From assembly GCA_045545975.1 (NCBI GenBank), contig JAZQCA010000022.1, positions 571-64,570 of the forward strand: DNA of 64,000 bases, given 5' to 3'. Origin of the DNA: Akkermansia sp. (GTDB taxonomy: Bacteria; Verrucomicrobiota; Verrucomicrobiia; Verrucomicrobiales; Akkermansiaceae). Within the stretch, counting starts at the first letter, position 1. Each line of letters begins with the position of its first letter. The translations under genes and the position numbers were made by a program. Below the pieces are notes generated by a model. The model ran no database searches. It saw only the letters and a list, made by a program, of their open reading frames with translations, and was not told the DNA's origin. Positions 11,351 through 20,626 of the stretch are shown one piece after another.

Positions 11351-12705
11351 GATTCACCTCTCATTCTGGCTTGGAACCACTCACGGAAGGAGCGGTGTGC
11401 CAAGTTCTTACGGAAGATATATACAGCGATGATGGTGTAGAGCACGTTAGGAATCCAAGCGCTGATCCAAGCCTGTATCAATCCGGCCTCTCCGAGAGAA
11501 GGGAACACACGATAGAGAAACAGCATGAAGGCGGCCAAAATAACGGCTATACCTATACCCTTCATCGTGCCACGGCGCTGGAAGGTAACGGAGCTGGGGA
11601 TGGCCAGGAGCACCAATACCATACAGCTGAACACGCGGGCAATTCGCACATGCCACTCCGTGCGCTTCTTGCAGCGATCTTCACGAGAACCGGCGCCGGA
11701 CTTGATGAATTCATAAAGCATGGAGGTTCCCATGGCATCTATGCGACCGCCGGCTCCGGGACTGATGATCTGATAGGGTTTCTCACCAAAATCACAAATC
11801 ATTTCCTCAACGTACTGATCATCCTCAGGCCGAACGTAAGCAGGGGAGATGTCGCGGATGTAAACGTCAGTCAGTTTCCAGGTAGCCTCCTGCTTATTCC
11901 AGCTGGCAGACTTAACAGTATATTGACGCACAAGACGAGAGGTTTTGTCAAATTGCTCAATTACAACATTGCGGAGAGGGACGCCGGGATTGGTGAGCGA
12001 AGGCGGATTCTCCACTCGCCATATGCGGCCGAAACTCTCACTCTTGTAGATGAGCGAAGGTGCAGAGCCATCCTCCCTTTTCTCCTGTTTGAGAATGATC
12101 TGACGATAGAGAGAGCCACTGGGAGCCCAGTGAAAACCGAAGATGCCGTAGACAAGAGAGACGATGGCAGAAAAATAAAACACCGGCATGCACAAACGCA
12201 GCAGGGAACGACCGGACTGCATCATGCCCGTGATCTCACAGGTCCCCGACAACTTGCTCAGGCACCACATCGTCCCCATCATAAGAGTGTAGGGGAGAAT
12301 CTGATAAAGGAACATGGGCAATTGCGACCCATAGAAGCGAAGAGCCTGAATGACCGGATCATCAAAGCGCGAACGGAAACGCTCCATGTTCTCCGTGAAA
12401 TCAGCAAGAATGTAGATAAGCAGCAAGATCAGGGTACACATCAGGAAGTAACTGATGAAGTTACGACTCATGTACCGATCCATGGTCCCCATGAAAGAAT
12501 AGCCCAAAGCTCCTATAAAGGGCAGAAAACAGAGCAGCCCCAAGAACACCGGTCGGCACATCTGCTCAATGGGATAGGAATCCGGCATGCCCGGCACCTC
12601 CCACTGCATCTGCTCCAGTTCCGAAGGCACAAGGAAGGCCGCAAGCAAGCCCCCGAGCACAAACAACACTACAGCAGGCAGACATCTTTGAAACATCTCT
12701 TTCAC
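11347..12705 (-). CDS. LptF/LptG family LPS export permease
   Basis: MDRYMSRNFI, LYQILPYTLMMG, LSKLSGTCEITGMMQSGRSLLRL, periplasmic jellyroll region, AWISAWIPNVL. Confidence 0.85.
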   Translation of the reverse strand: MKEMFQRCLPAVVLFVLGGLLAAFLVPSELEQMQWEVPGMPDSYPIEQMCRPVFLGLLCFLPFIGALGYSFMGTMDRYMSRNFISYFLMCTLILLLIYILADFTENMERFRSRFDDPVIQALRFYGSQLPMFLYQILPYTLMMGTMWCLSKLSGTCEITGMMQSGRSLLRLCMPVFYFSAIVSLVYGIFGFHWAPSGSLYRQIILKQEKREDGSAPSLIYKSESFGRIWRVENPPSLTNPGVPLRNVVIEQFDKTSRLVRQYTVKSASWNKQEATWKLTDVYIRDISPAYVRPEDDQYVEEMICDFGEKPYQIISPGAGGRIDAMGTSMLYEFIKSGAGSREDRCKKRTEWHVRIARVFSCMVLVLLAIPSSVTFQRRGTMKGIGIAVILAAFMLFLYRVFPSLGEAGLIQAWISAWIPNVLYTIIAVYIFRKNLAHRSFREWFQARMRGES

Positions 12706-12728
12706 TATGTAAACTTTACCTTTCTATG

Positions 12729-13508
12729 TTAGCACCCGCGAGCCAGTCGTTCTGCCAGACTTTCCGGCAATTCAGCCTGGATAATCGCAGTCTGAGCAGC
12801 CGCCACATCATACTCCACACGTTTGAGAATGACTATATTGGAATCCGAATCATACACGGCATAACATGAGCGGGGATCATTGTCGCGAGGCTGCCCCACA
12901 GACCCCACGTTGATGCAGTACTTATAACCGGCAATGGGCTGCACCTCGGCATACCCATTCATGATCAATTCATGCTGGGCATCGTAATCTTCCCCGGCAG
13001 AACGACCATTCCACATGTAGACTTTGGGGACATGAGTATGACCATTGAAACAGAACTGAGTGACCTGCCGATTGAAACTACCGGCGGCATCGTTGGCATT
13101 GATGATGTAACTCCAAGCCTTGGGGTTATCCAGCGTGGAATGTACAATGGTAAAGGACGACTGACAGGTGCCGCTGTTACGCACAATGCGCAGATGTTGC
13201 AGGCGGGAGAGCCACGCAAGCTGGTCGGCATCCAGCTGCTGTCGGGTCCACTCCATCGCAGCTCTCGCCATGGGATTCATCTTGGCGTACGAAGGATCGA
13301 CCACTTCTTCATCATGATTACCCTTCACTACCGGGCAGTTGAGCATGCGGATATAGTCCAGACATTCACGAGGATAAGCGTTGTAGCCCACAATATCCCC
13401 CACACAGACCACATTCGTGCAATGCTCGACATCGAAGGCATCCCCCATCACGGCGCATAGCGCATGATAGTTTGCATGAATATCGCTGATAACCGCTGTT
13501 CTGGACAT
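12729..13508 (-). CDS. Calcineurin-like metallophosphoesterase (YfcE/ApaH-like)
   Basis: ISDIHAN, VGDIVGY, KGNHD, IVHST, NGHTH, NVGSVGQPRD. Confidence 0.88.
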   Translation of the reverse strand: MSRTAVISDIHANYHALCAVMGDAFDVEHCTNVVCVGDIVGYNAYPRECLDYIRMLNCPVVKGNHDEEVVDPSYAKMNPMARAAMEWTRQQLDADQLAWLSRLQHLRIVRNSGTCQSSFTIVHSTLDNPKAWSYIINANDAAGSFNRQVTQFCFNGHTHVPKVYMWNGRSAGEDYDAQHELIMNGYAEVQPIAGYKYCINVGSVGQPRDNDPRSCYAVYDSDSNIVILKRVEYDVAAAQTAIIQAELPESLAERLARGC

Positions 13509-13631
13509 CTTTACTGGAACGAATATAGCATGATCAACTCTGCATTGCAAGGTTATTTTAACATACCGACAAGCTCAGATGCAAAAAAATCGCAGCATGT
13601 ACCTGCTGCGATCGGGATAAGCAAGGAACAA

Positions 13632-13660
13632 GCCCGCAGGACGGCTGGCATCCTGCGGGC
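13632..13660 (-). terminator. Hairpin downstream of argJ
   Basis: GCCCGCAGGA-9 nt-TCCTGCGGGC perfect 10-bp stem, followed on the minus strand by TTGTTCCTT. Confidence 0.6.
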
Positions 13661-13674
13661 AGAGAGGAGGAGAC

Positions 13675-14931
13675 TCACTTGGTCAAACCATCTTGCTTTG
13701 CCTGGTTCCAGTAAGCATATTCCGAACGATTGAAATCGACATACTCAGGAGAGAGATCAGTCGTGTAAACGACGTACTCTTCACTTCCGAGGTTGAGGTT
13801 GATGAGGACCTCGAACTCACGAGCCTGCACACGAGCGCGGAGATCATCGCTGGGGGTGTCCGTCTGTTCACCACCTCGACAGGCGGGAAGCCCTGCAATG
13901 TCGATGTCAACTTTATCTTCCTTCACTCGAGTACCGCTGTAGCCAACGGCGTGGATGATACGCCCCCAGTTCGGATCGCCACCATTCCAGGAGCTCTTGA
14001 CCAGTGAGGACTTGGCCACACCCTCTGCCACCCGGCGAGCCTCGGTCTGCGACGGAGCACCCACCACGCGAACAGTAACATACTTGGTCACGCGCTCACC
14101 ATCCTGGACGATTTTCTTGGCCTGTTCCATCATGACATAATGAAGAGCCTTCACAAAAACATCCCACCCCTCTACACCGGGTGCAAGATCAACCCCGGAA
14201 GCACCATTGGCCATAACGAGGCAGGTATCATTCGTGCTCATATCACCATCGATGGTGATGCGATTAAAGGTCTCGGAAACTCCTTTTTTCACAATCGCCT
14301 CGAGATCAGAGCGGCTCACACCGGCATCCGTACAAATCAGGCAGATCATTGTGGCCATGCAGGGAGCAATCATGCCGGCGCCCTTGCAGCAGGAACCGAT
14401 ACGAACGATCCGCCCCCCGAGGTTCACTTCAACAGCGACTTCCTTCTCCCGCGTGTCGCTAGTGATGATAGCAGAGGCAACGTCATGCCCCTTATCTGCC
14501 GAAAGATTCTGACAAAGTTCAGGCAGACGAGGCTCTATACGCACCATGGGCATGGGCAACCCGATCACGCCTGTTGAGCATACTGCAACCTCTGAGGGCT
14601 TAAGACCAAGAGATTTTGCAACAATGGAGCACTCCTTGCGAGCCACGGCCACGCCGGCAGCTCCTGTACAGGCGTTCGCGTTGCCGCTGTTGGCAACAAC
14701 AGCCCGAACATTTCCGCGCCTCAGATGGTTTTGGCTCACGCGCACGCATGCAGCCCGTACGCGATTCGTTGTGAAGGTACCCGCCGATGTGGCAGGTAAC
14801 GTCGAATAGACAAGCGCAAGGTCCAGTCGCGTGGCAGTGGGTTTCTTAATGCCGCAACTGAGCGCATTCGCCACATATCCCCGGGCGGCTGTCACTCCGC
14901 CTTCAATCTCCTTATATGAGTATTCGGACAT
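13675..14931 (-). CDS. argJ: Bifunctional ornithine acetyltransferase/N-acetylglutamate synthase ArgJ
   Basis: NSGNANACTG, STGVIG, KGAGMIAPCMATM autocleavage site, IDGDMSTND, DGE, DPNWGRI. Confidence 0.95.
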   Translation of the reverse strand: MSEYSYKEIEGGVTAARGYVANALSCGIKKPTATRLDLALVYSTLPATSAGTFTTNRVRAACVRVSQNHLRRGNVRAVVANSGNANACTGAAGVAVARKECSIVAKSLGLKPSEVAVCSTGVIGLPMPMVRIEPRLPELCQNLSADKGHDVASAIITSDTREKEVAVEVNLGGRIVRIGSCCKGAGMIAPCMATMICLICTDAGVSRSDLEAIVKKGVSETFNRITIDGDMSTNDTCLVMANGASGVDLAPGVEGWDVFVKALHYVMMEQAKKIVQDGERVTKYVTVRVVGAPSQTEARRVAEGVAKSSLVKSSWNGGDPNWGRIIHAVGYSGTRVKEDKVDIDIAGLPACRGGEQTDTPSDDLRARVQAREFEVLINLNLGSEEYVVYTTDLSPEYVDFNRSEYAYWNQAKQDGLTK

Positions 14932-15049
14932 AATTCTTAAGTATGAGTTTTCTACTCTGTACGCCTTCAATTTGCCACACTCTCCCTCATTCTGCAAGCC
15001 AAAAAACACGAGAAGTTGACATCAGTCATGAATGAGACGTGATTTTGCC

Positions 15050-15078
15050 TTGCTATGCGTGCTTAGAATCGCTATAAT
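15050..15078 (+). promoter_or_regulatory. sigma70-type promoter of the fur-suf operon
   Basis: TTGCTA (15050-55), 17 nt, TATAAT (15073-78). Confidence 0.65.
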
Positions 15079-15114
15079 GTCCGCGCGGCAAAGAAGAAGC
15101 CCCACCAAAACAGT

Positions 15115-15579
15115 ATGCAAACAGACTCCACCGGCAAAGAAGTCACCAGGCGCACCGCCACTCCGGCCTTTATAGTACGCCGGGCCGGCGTGCGGATGAC
15201 TCGCCAGCGTCGCGCTGTCATCGAAGTCCTGCTGCAATCCTATGACCACCCTACAGCAGCTCAGATTTTCGAACGGGCAAAGGCAATTCTGCCGGGAATA
15301 TCATTGGCAACGGTCTACAACTGTATCGAATCGCTGGCGGCACAGAGGCTCATTAACCAGCTACATTTTGACAATGGTCCTTGCCGCTTCTGCCCCAATG
15401 TGGAACCCCATGTACACGTCATGGATGATTCCACGAACCGGGTCATAGACGTCCAACTGAAGGAAGGACTGACCCCGGAGGATGTTTTCGAACTGCCACA
15501 AGGCGTTCACATTAAGAGCATGGAGGCTTACCTTCGTGGTGAGATTCCGGATAACTGCATGTCAGAAAACGAACAATGA
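15115..15579 (+). CDS. Fur-family transcriptional regulator (PerR/Irr-like)
   Basis: [26 protein letters not shown] winged helix, HVH; lacks the CxxC zinc motifs. Confidence 0.85.
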   Translation: MQTDSTGKEVTRRTATPAFIVRRAGVRMTRQRRAVIEVLLQSYDHPTAAQIFERAKAILPGISLATVYNCIESLAAQRLINQLHFDNGPCRFCPNVEPHVHVMDDSTNRVIDVQLKEGLTPEDVFELPQGVHIKSMEAYLRGEIPDNCMSENEQ

Positions 15580-16322
15580 GTCTGATCATCAAAGACCTGA
15601 GAGCGCGCGTGAAAGACGGAGCGCAGATATTGAATGGTATCCATCTCGAAATTCCTAAAGGAGAGGTGCATGCCATCATGGGACCGAACGGATCCGGCAA
15701 GAGCACCCTTTCCAAAGTTCTCTGCGGACACCCCGATTATGAGCTTATCTCCGGCAGCGCTGAGCTGGACGGACAGGATCTCTTCGCCATGAGTGTGGAC
15801 GAACGCAGCCGAGCAGGACTTTTTCTCGCCTTCCAATACCCGGTGGAAGTCCCCGGCGTGACCAATGCAAACTTCATGCGAGCTGCTCTTCAGGCCCGTC
15901 TGCCCAAAGGTGAGGAGATCGATGCCGTCAGCTTCTACAAGACAATGCGCAGTAAAATGGCAGCCCTCGGTATGGATGCAAAGTTCACGGCGCGAGCCGT
16001 AAACGAGGGATTCTCCGGAGGAGAGAAAAAACGTAATGACATCCTGCAAATGATGATGCTGGAGCCCAGCTACGCCATTCTGGACGAGACTGATAGCGGA
16101 TTGGATGTCGATGCGCTGAGAATCGTTTCCGATGGAGTAAATGCCATGCGAGCCCCTTACCGCAGCTTTCTGGTCATCACACATTACAAGCGCCTGCTCG
16201 ACTACATCAAGCCGGATGTCGTACACATTCTCCATAAAGGCCAGATTGTTCGTACTGCCGGGTACGAACTAGTCGAGCACATCGAACAGAACGGCTTTGA
16301 CTTCCTGAAATCTGAAGAGTGA
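15576..16322 (+). CDS. sufC: Fe-S assembly ATPase SufC
   Basis: [50 protein letters not shown]. Confidence 0.96.
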   Translation: MSLIIKDLRARVKDGAQILNGIHLEIPKGEVHAIMGPNGSGKSTLSKVLCGHPDYELISGSAELDGQDLFAMSVDERSRAGLFLAFQYPVEVPGVTNANFMRAALQARLPKGEEIDAVSFYKTMRSKMAALGMDAKFTARAVNEGFSGGEKKRNDILQMMMLEPSYAILDETDSGLDVDALRIVSDGVNAMRAPYRSFLVITHYKRLLDYIKPDVVHILHKGQIVRTAGYELVEHIEQNGFDFLKSEE

Positions 16323-17722
16323 TGGACGAGTCCCCTTTCCAGATTGATACACGCGGTGAGTTCTCCTTCCCCGAGAACCATAAATTCGATGCCGGATTCG
16401 GACTAACCGAAGCAACAATCGACTACATCTGCGATGCCAAGGGCGAGCCTGACTGGGTACGCAGCTTCCGCAAAGAAGCCCTGCGTAAGTTCAACGAAAT
16501 GCCCATGCCCACACACTGGGCCCCGGAAGGTATAAATGAGCTTGATTTTGACAAAATCCGCTACTACCTCTCCCACGGCACCATGCCCTACAAAAATTGG
16601 GACGAGGTACCGGATGACGTCAAGCTCACCTTTGAACGCCTGGGCGTCCCCGAGCAGGAACGAGCCTTCCTTGCCGGCGTGGATGCCCAATACGACTCCG
16701 AAACCGCGTACAACAACATGCGCGAGGAGCTCAGCAAACAAGGGGTGATCTTCGTGAACTCCACAGAGGGTCTGAAGGAGTACGAACACATCTTCCGACC
16801 TTGGTTCGGCAAGGTCATTCCGGTTGGCGACAACAAGTTCTCCGCACTGAATCACGCAGCATTCTCCGGCGGGTCATTCATCTACGTTCCCAAGGGGGTG
16901 AAAGTAGCACAGCCTCTGCAAGCCTACTTCCGCATCAACTCCGAAAGCATGGGCCAGTTCGAGCGCACCCTCATCATAGCCGATGAAGGCGCCGAGCTCA
17001 TGTACATGGAGGGCTGCACCGCCCCCAAATACGACAGCGCCACCCTGCACTCCGGCGTGGTGGAGCTCGTGGCGCTCAAAGGCGCAAAGATCCAGTATGT
17101 CACCGTACAGAACTGGGCTACTAATGTGTACAACCTCGTTATTCAGCGAGGGCTGGCCATGGAGGATGCAGAAATCCGCTGGATTGACTGCAACATCGGC
17201 TCCGGTCTGACCATGAAATACCCCGCCGTTGTTCTTCAGGGACGGCGCGCCCGAGGTGAAGTGGTGAGCATATCGCTCGCTCACAGCGGACAACTGCAAG
17301 ACACCGGCGCCCGCATGATTCACGCTGCGCCGGAGACGACCTCCAACATCGTTGCAAAGTCTATCTCCATCGGCGAGGGACGTTCCAGCTATCGCGGCGA
17401 AGTCAACGTACTCAAGGGCATGAAGGGCTGCAAGAACAACACGGAATGCGATGCCCTGCTCATCAACCCTGCCAGCCGTACGGACACCTACCCGGCCATC
17501 ACCGTGAACGGCAACGCCAGTGCGGTACAGCACGAAGCCTCTGTCTCGCAGGTAGATGAAGAAATGCTCTTCTACATGCAGCAGCGCGGTCTTACCCGAG
17601 CTCAGGCAATGAGCTTAGCTGTCAATGGCTTTATTAACGACTTGGTCAAGGAATTTCCCATGGAGTACTCCGTGGAACTGCGCCGACTCATTGACCTGGA
17701 AATGGAAAATTCCATCGGCTAA
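16322..17722 (+). CDS. sufB: Fe-S assembly protein SufB
   Basis: [53 protein letters not shown]. Confidence 0.95.
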   Translation: MDESPFQIDTRGEFSFPENHKFDAGFGLTEATIDYICDAKGEPDWVRSFRKEALRKFNEMPMPTHWAPEGINELDFDKIRYYLSHGTMPYKNWDEVPDDVKLTFERLGVPEQERAFLAGVDAQYDSETAYNNMREELSKQGVIFVNSTEGLKEYEHIFRPWFGKVIPVGDNKFSALNHAAFSGGSFIYVPKGVKVAQPLQAYFRINSESMGQFERTLIIADEGAELMYMEGCTAPKYDSATLHSGVVELVALKGAKIQYVTVQNWATNVYNLVIQRGLAMEDAEIRWIDCNIGSGLTMKYPAVVLQGRRARGEVVSISLAHSGQLQDTGARMIHAAPETTSNIVAKSISIGEGRSSYRGEVNVLKGMKGCKNNTECDALLINPASRTDTYPAITVNGNASAVQHEASVSQVDEEMLFYMQQRGLTRAQAMSLAVNGFINDLVKEFPMEYSVELRRLIDLEMENSIG

Positions 17723-17746
17723 CCCCCCCCTGCACTGCATTACATT

Positions 17747-18859
17747 ATGGATTTCCCGCAGAATATGAGCATGGAAGAAGCCTTTGCCCTGGCAGAAGCC
17801 GAAGCCAAGCTGAAGCAAGCCCTCAGCGAAAGCAAAGCCCGCTTCGAGAACGCCGTACTTCCCAACCGACTGAACGAAGACTGGCGCTTCGGGCGCCCGC
17901 ACAAATATGCCACCGCGCTGGCCAAACAGCTCCAAAACGATACCCCGTCGCGGGGCGAGGCTGAAGTCATGCATGCAGGAAAGGCTGCTGTACCCGTCAG
18001 CGCCGAAGATGAAGACCTGCGCCAAACCGAACTACTCATGCCCACCATCGGCTCCGATGCTCTGCTCGGCATGCACCTTGAGCGCTTCGGCTGCGGCTAC
18101 GCACTCTATATTGAGGAAGACACCAAAGAGCCCATCTTCATCAGCTACAAAACGGACAGTCTATACACCCCCTCCACCTACATCATGGTCGCCCCGGGGG
18201 TCAAGGCACACGTCATCGAGCAGCATTACGGCTGCGAAAAAGGCACCATCTTCGCCACGCGCAACATTCAGGTGGCAGAAGGCGCAGAACTGAAGGTAGA
18301 ACTTCACCCCTACGGCTGTGCCCGAAGTATGGTCATCACCAACATCCAGAACATGGGTGGCAAGGTTGCACACTATACCCACTACTTTGCTTGCGACTGG
18401 GCACGCGAGGAAATGGTAGCTGAGATATACAGCCCCGGCGCGGACATTAAGCTTTTCTCTGCCAATAATCCATTTCTCAATCAGGTTGTCGACCAACATA
18501 CCCGACAGGTACACCATGTCGGAGGAGCCACCAGCAACCTGCTGTACAAAAATGTAGTGGACGACAACTCCACTGCCATCTTCGCAGGGAACATCTATGT
18601 GGCCCCCGGCGCTCACAATACGGATGCCTACCAGAGCAACCGTAATATGCTGTTGAGCGAGAAAGCCACCATTCATTCCCTGCCCGGTCTGGAAATTCTG
18701 GCAGACAAGGTACGCTGCTCCCACGGCAGCGCCAGTGCCCCCATGGATGAAGAGCAGCTCTTCTACCTTCTCAGTCGAGGCATACCCCGCGATGAAGCGC
18801 TGCACCTCGTTGCTGCCGGTTTCATGCAAGATGTCGTAGATAAGTTTAAACACTTATGA
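17747..18859 (+). CDS. sufD: Fe-S assembly protein SufD
   Basis: EDWRF, TDAYQSNRNMLLS, PGLEILADKVRCSHG, QLFYLLSRGI. Confidence 0.9.
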   Translation: MDFPQNMSMEEAFALAEAEAKLKQALSESKARFENAVLPNRLNEDWRFGRPHKYATALAKQLQNDTPSRGEAEVMHAGKAAVPVSAEDEDLRQTELLMPTIGSDALLGMHLERFGCGYALYIEEDTKEPIFISYKTDSLYTPSTYIMVAPGVKAHVIEQHYGCEKGTIFATRNIQVAEGAELKVELHPYGCARSMVITNIQNMGGKVAHYTHYFACDWAREEMVAEIYSPGADIKLFSANNPFLNQVVDQHTRQVHHVGGATSNLLYKNVVDDNSTAIFAGNIYVAPGAHNTDAYQSNRNMLLSEKATIHSLPGLEILADKVRCSHGSASAPMDEEQLFYLLSRGIPRDEALHLVAAGFMQDVVDKFKHL

Positions 18860-19617
18860 CCCGCTTTCGCCCATGTATCGACCTGCACAACGGCAGAGTG
18901 AAACAAATCGTCGGCGGCACCCTCACCGATGATGGTGCCGGGCTGTGCACCAACTTCGTGGCTGAGCACCCTGCTGAATGGTTTGCAGAAAAATACAGAC
19001 AGGATGGTCTGCGCGGTGGTCATGTCATCAAGCTCGGTCCGGGCAATGACGCTGCAGCCCGTGCTGCTCTCGCCGCCTACCCCGGAGGTTTGCAGATAGG
19101 AGGCGGCATCACTTCTGACAATGCTGCAGAATGGATCTCAGCCGGAGCTTCCCACATCATCGTCACCAGCGTACTCTTCGACAAAATAGGCCGCTTTCGT
19201 TGGAACGTACTGAGTGAAATCATTGAAAAAACGGGCAGAAAGCATCTGGTTATCGATCTCAGTTGCCGACGTACTCGCAATGGATGGACCGTTGCAATGA
19301 ACCGCTGGCAGACTCTTACGGAGCTGAATATCACCCCGGCTACGCTATCTGCCTTGGCTGACAGCTGTGACGAGTTCCTCATCCATGCCGCAGATGTTGA
19401 GGGACGCTGTGGCGGCATAGACCGCGAGCTGGTTTCTCTGCTCGGTTCTTGGCGCGGATGCCCCATGACCTACGCCGGCGGCATTTCCTCCATGGACGAT
19501 TTTGACCTAATCGATTCTCTATCTGGTGGTTATATCGATGCCACCGTTGGCAGTGCCCTGGATATTTTCGGTGGCAGCGGTGTTCGGTACCAGGAACTTG
19601 TAACAGCTCGCGGATAA
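18856..19617 (+). CDS. hisA: ProFAR isomerase HisA (His6/eukaryote-like subtype)
   Basis: FRPCIDLHNGRVKQIVGGTL, LQIGGGI, EFLIHAADVEG, TYAGG, TVGSALDIFGG. Confidence 0.88.
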   Translation: MTRFRPCIDLHNGRVKQIVGGTLTDDGAGLCTNFVAEHPAEWFAEKYRQDGLRGGHVIKLGPGNDAAARAALAAYPGGLQIGGGITSDNAAEWISAGASHIIVTSVLFDKIGRFRWNVLSEIIEKTGRKHLVIDLSCRRTRNGWTVAMNRWQTLTELNITPATLSALADSCDEFLIHAADVEGRCGGIDRELVSLLGSWRGCPMTYAGGISSMDDFDLIDSLSGGYIDATVGSALDIFGGSGVRYQELVTARG

Positions 19618-19667
19618 CTGCACCTCCGTAAAACTTAAAAAAATTACACTCATTTGTAATTTTAGGC

Positions 19668-19696
19668 TTGCAAAGCGCGTCAAATTAGCGTATAGT
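19668..19696 (+). promoter_or_regulatory. Promoter of tRNA-Ser(GGA)
   Basis: TTGCAA (19668-73), 17 nt, TATAGT (19691-96). Confidence 0.7.
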
Positions 19697-19739
19697 CTCC
19701 CTGCGCTCTTTTAGAGAACGCACAGAACAAAGTTCGACT

Positions 19740-19827
19740 GGGCAGGTGTCTGAGTGGTCGAAAGAGCACGATTGGAAATCGTGTGTACGTCAAAAGCGTA
19801 CCGAGGGTTCGAATCCCTCCCTGTCCG
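19740..19827 (+). tRNA. tRNA-Ser(GGA), long variable arm, CCA not encoded
   Basis: Acceptor GGGCAGG/CCTGTCC, discriminator G; D arm TCT/AGA; anticodon arm CACGA-TTGGAAA-TCGTG; variable arm GTACG/CGTAC; T arm GAGGG-TTCGAAT-CCCTC. Confidence 0.96.
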
Positions 19828-19829
19828 TT

Positions 19830-19866
19830 AAAAGGCTTGCACCTTAAATGGTTGCAAGCCTTTTTT
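19830..19866 (+). terminator. Intrinsic terminator after tRNA-Ser(GGA)
   Basis: AAAAGGCTTGCA ... TGCAAGCC followed by T6. Confidence 0.8.
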
Positions 19867-19880
19867 GTATTGCATGGGAC

Positions 19881-19922
19881 AAGAAAAAATAAAAGTCTGC
19901 CTCTCATTGTCGAGGGACAGAC
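19881..19922 (-). terminator. Intrinsic terminator after tRNA-Ser(TGA)
   Basis: Minus strand GTCTG-TC-CCTC ... GAGG-CAGAC then TTTTATTTTTT. Confidence 0.65.
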
Positions 19923-19928
19923 CATGTA

Positions 19929-20015
19929 CGGATGGGGTGAGATTCGAACTCACGGAAGGGATAAACCTTCGGCGGTTTTCAAGACCGCTGCATTAAACCA
20001 CTCTGCCACCCATCC
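19929..20015 (-). tRNA. tRNA-Ser(TGA), long variable arm, CCA not encoded
   Basis: Acceptor GGATGGG/CCCATCC, discriminator G; anticodon arm GCGGT-CTTGAAA-ACCGC; T arm GTGAG-TTCGAAT-CTCAC. Confidence 0.96.
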
Positions 20016-20153
20016 TAATATAGCAGCACAGCTCAGTGCATGCGGGTATACTAGCCCAGCAAAAGTAAGGATGCAAGACTTTTCTGCGGCATGACACAAA
20101 AGTGAGAGGAAGCCACCTCAACTAACCGCCGAGAATAGTTGGCACGTCTGACC

Positions 20154-20393
20154 TCATGAGTCCCCGAAACTGGCGAAATCCGGGAATCCATCCGGGGCAT
20201 GACGTTCGAGAGTTTCAACCAGTTGACCGAGTGTGAGCAATTTACTCTCCTCTTTGCTCATATAGGCAGAGAACTGGTAGAGGGCAAGTTTGAGCACAGA
20301 GGTCCGATCGAGCTGGCGTTCATTCATGATGTCAGAGATAAAACGATGCATTTCTTTTGTGAAACGGAAGGAGCAGATTATTCGTGATGCCAT
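20154..20393 (-). CDS. Small ribbon-helix-helix (CopG/Arc-like) DNA-binding protein, putative
   Basis: Alternating strand IICSFRF followed by two amphipathic helices (TKEMHRFISDIMNERQ, DRTSVLKLALYQF); ATG at 20393 preferred over the TTG at 20438. Confidence 0.6.
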   Translation of the reverse strand: MASRIICSFRFTKEMHRFISDIMNERQLDRTSVLKLALYQFSAYMSKEESKLLTLGQLVETLERHAPDGFPDFASFGDS

Positions 20394-20445
20394 AGCGATT
20401 TTGGGGGTGTGAGGTTGTGTATGATATTTTATAGACAAATCATAG

Positions 20446-20463
20446 CGGACTACTAATCCGCTG
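20446..20463. repeat. Left copy of an 18-bp perfect inverted repeat (CGGACTACTAATCCGCTG)
   Basis: Exact reverse complement of 20609-20626; the site 20444-20462 reads AGCGGA-CTACTAA-TCCGCT (6-bp arms, 7-nt asymmetric spacer). Confidence 0.95.
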
Positions 20464-20608
20464 CACTCCGATTACCTCGCAAAGTATTCATATAAGAGGA
20501 CTTGCAACTTTTCCAAGGGAGTGTATTCGCATACAAATAAGACAAAGCGAAGCCTATTATTGTTCATAAGTTACGCCAATTCAGAGCTATTACGCATTTT
20601 TTTCTTTA

Positions 20609-20626
20609 CAGCGGATTAGTAGTCCG
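20609..20626. repeat. Right copy of an 18-bp perfect inverted repeat (CAGCGGATTAGTAGTCCG)
   Basis: Exact reverse complement of 20446-20463; reads AGCGGA-TTAGTAG-TCCGGT. Confidence 0.95.
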
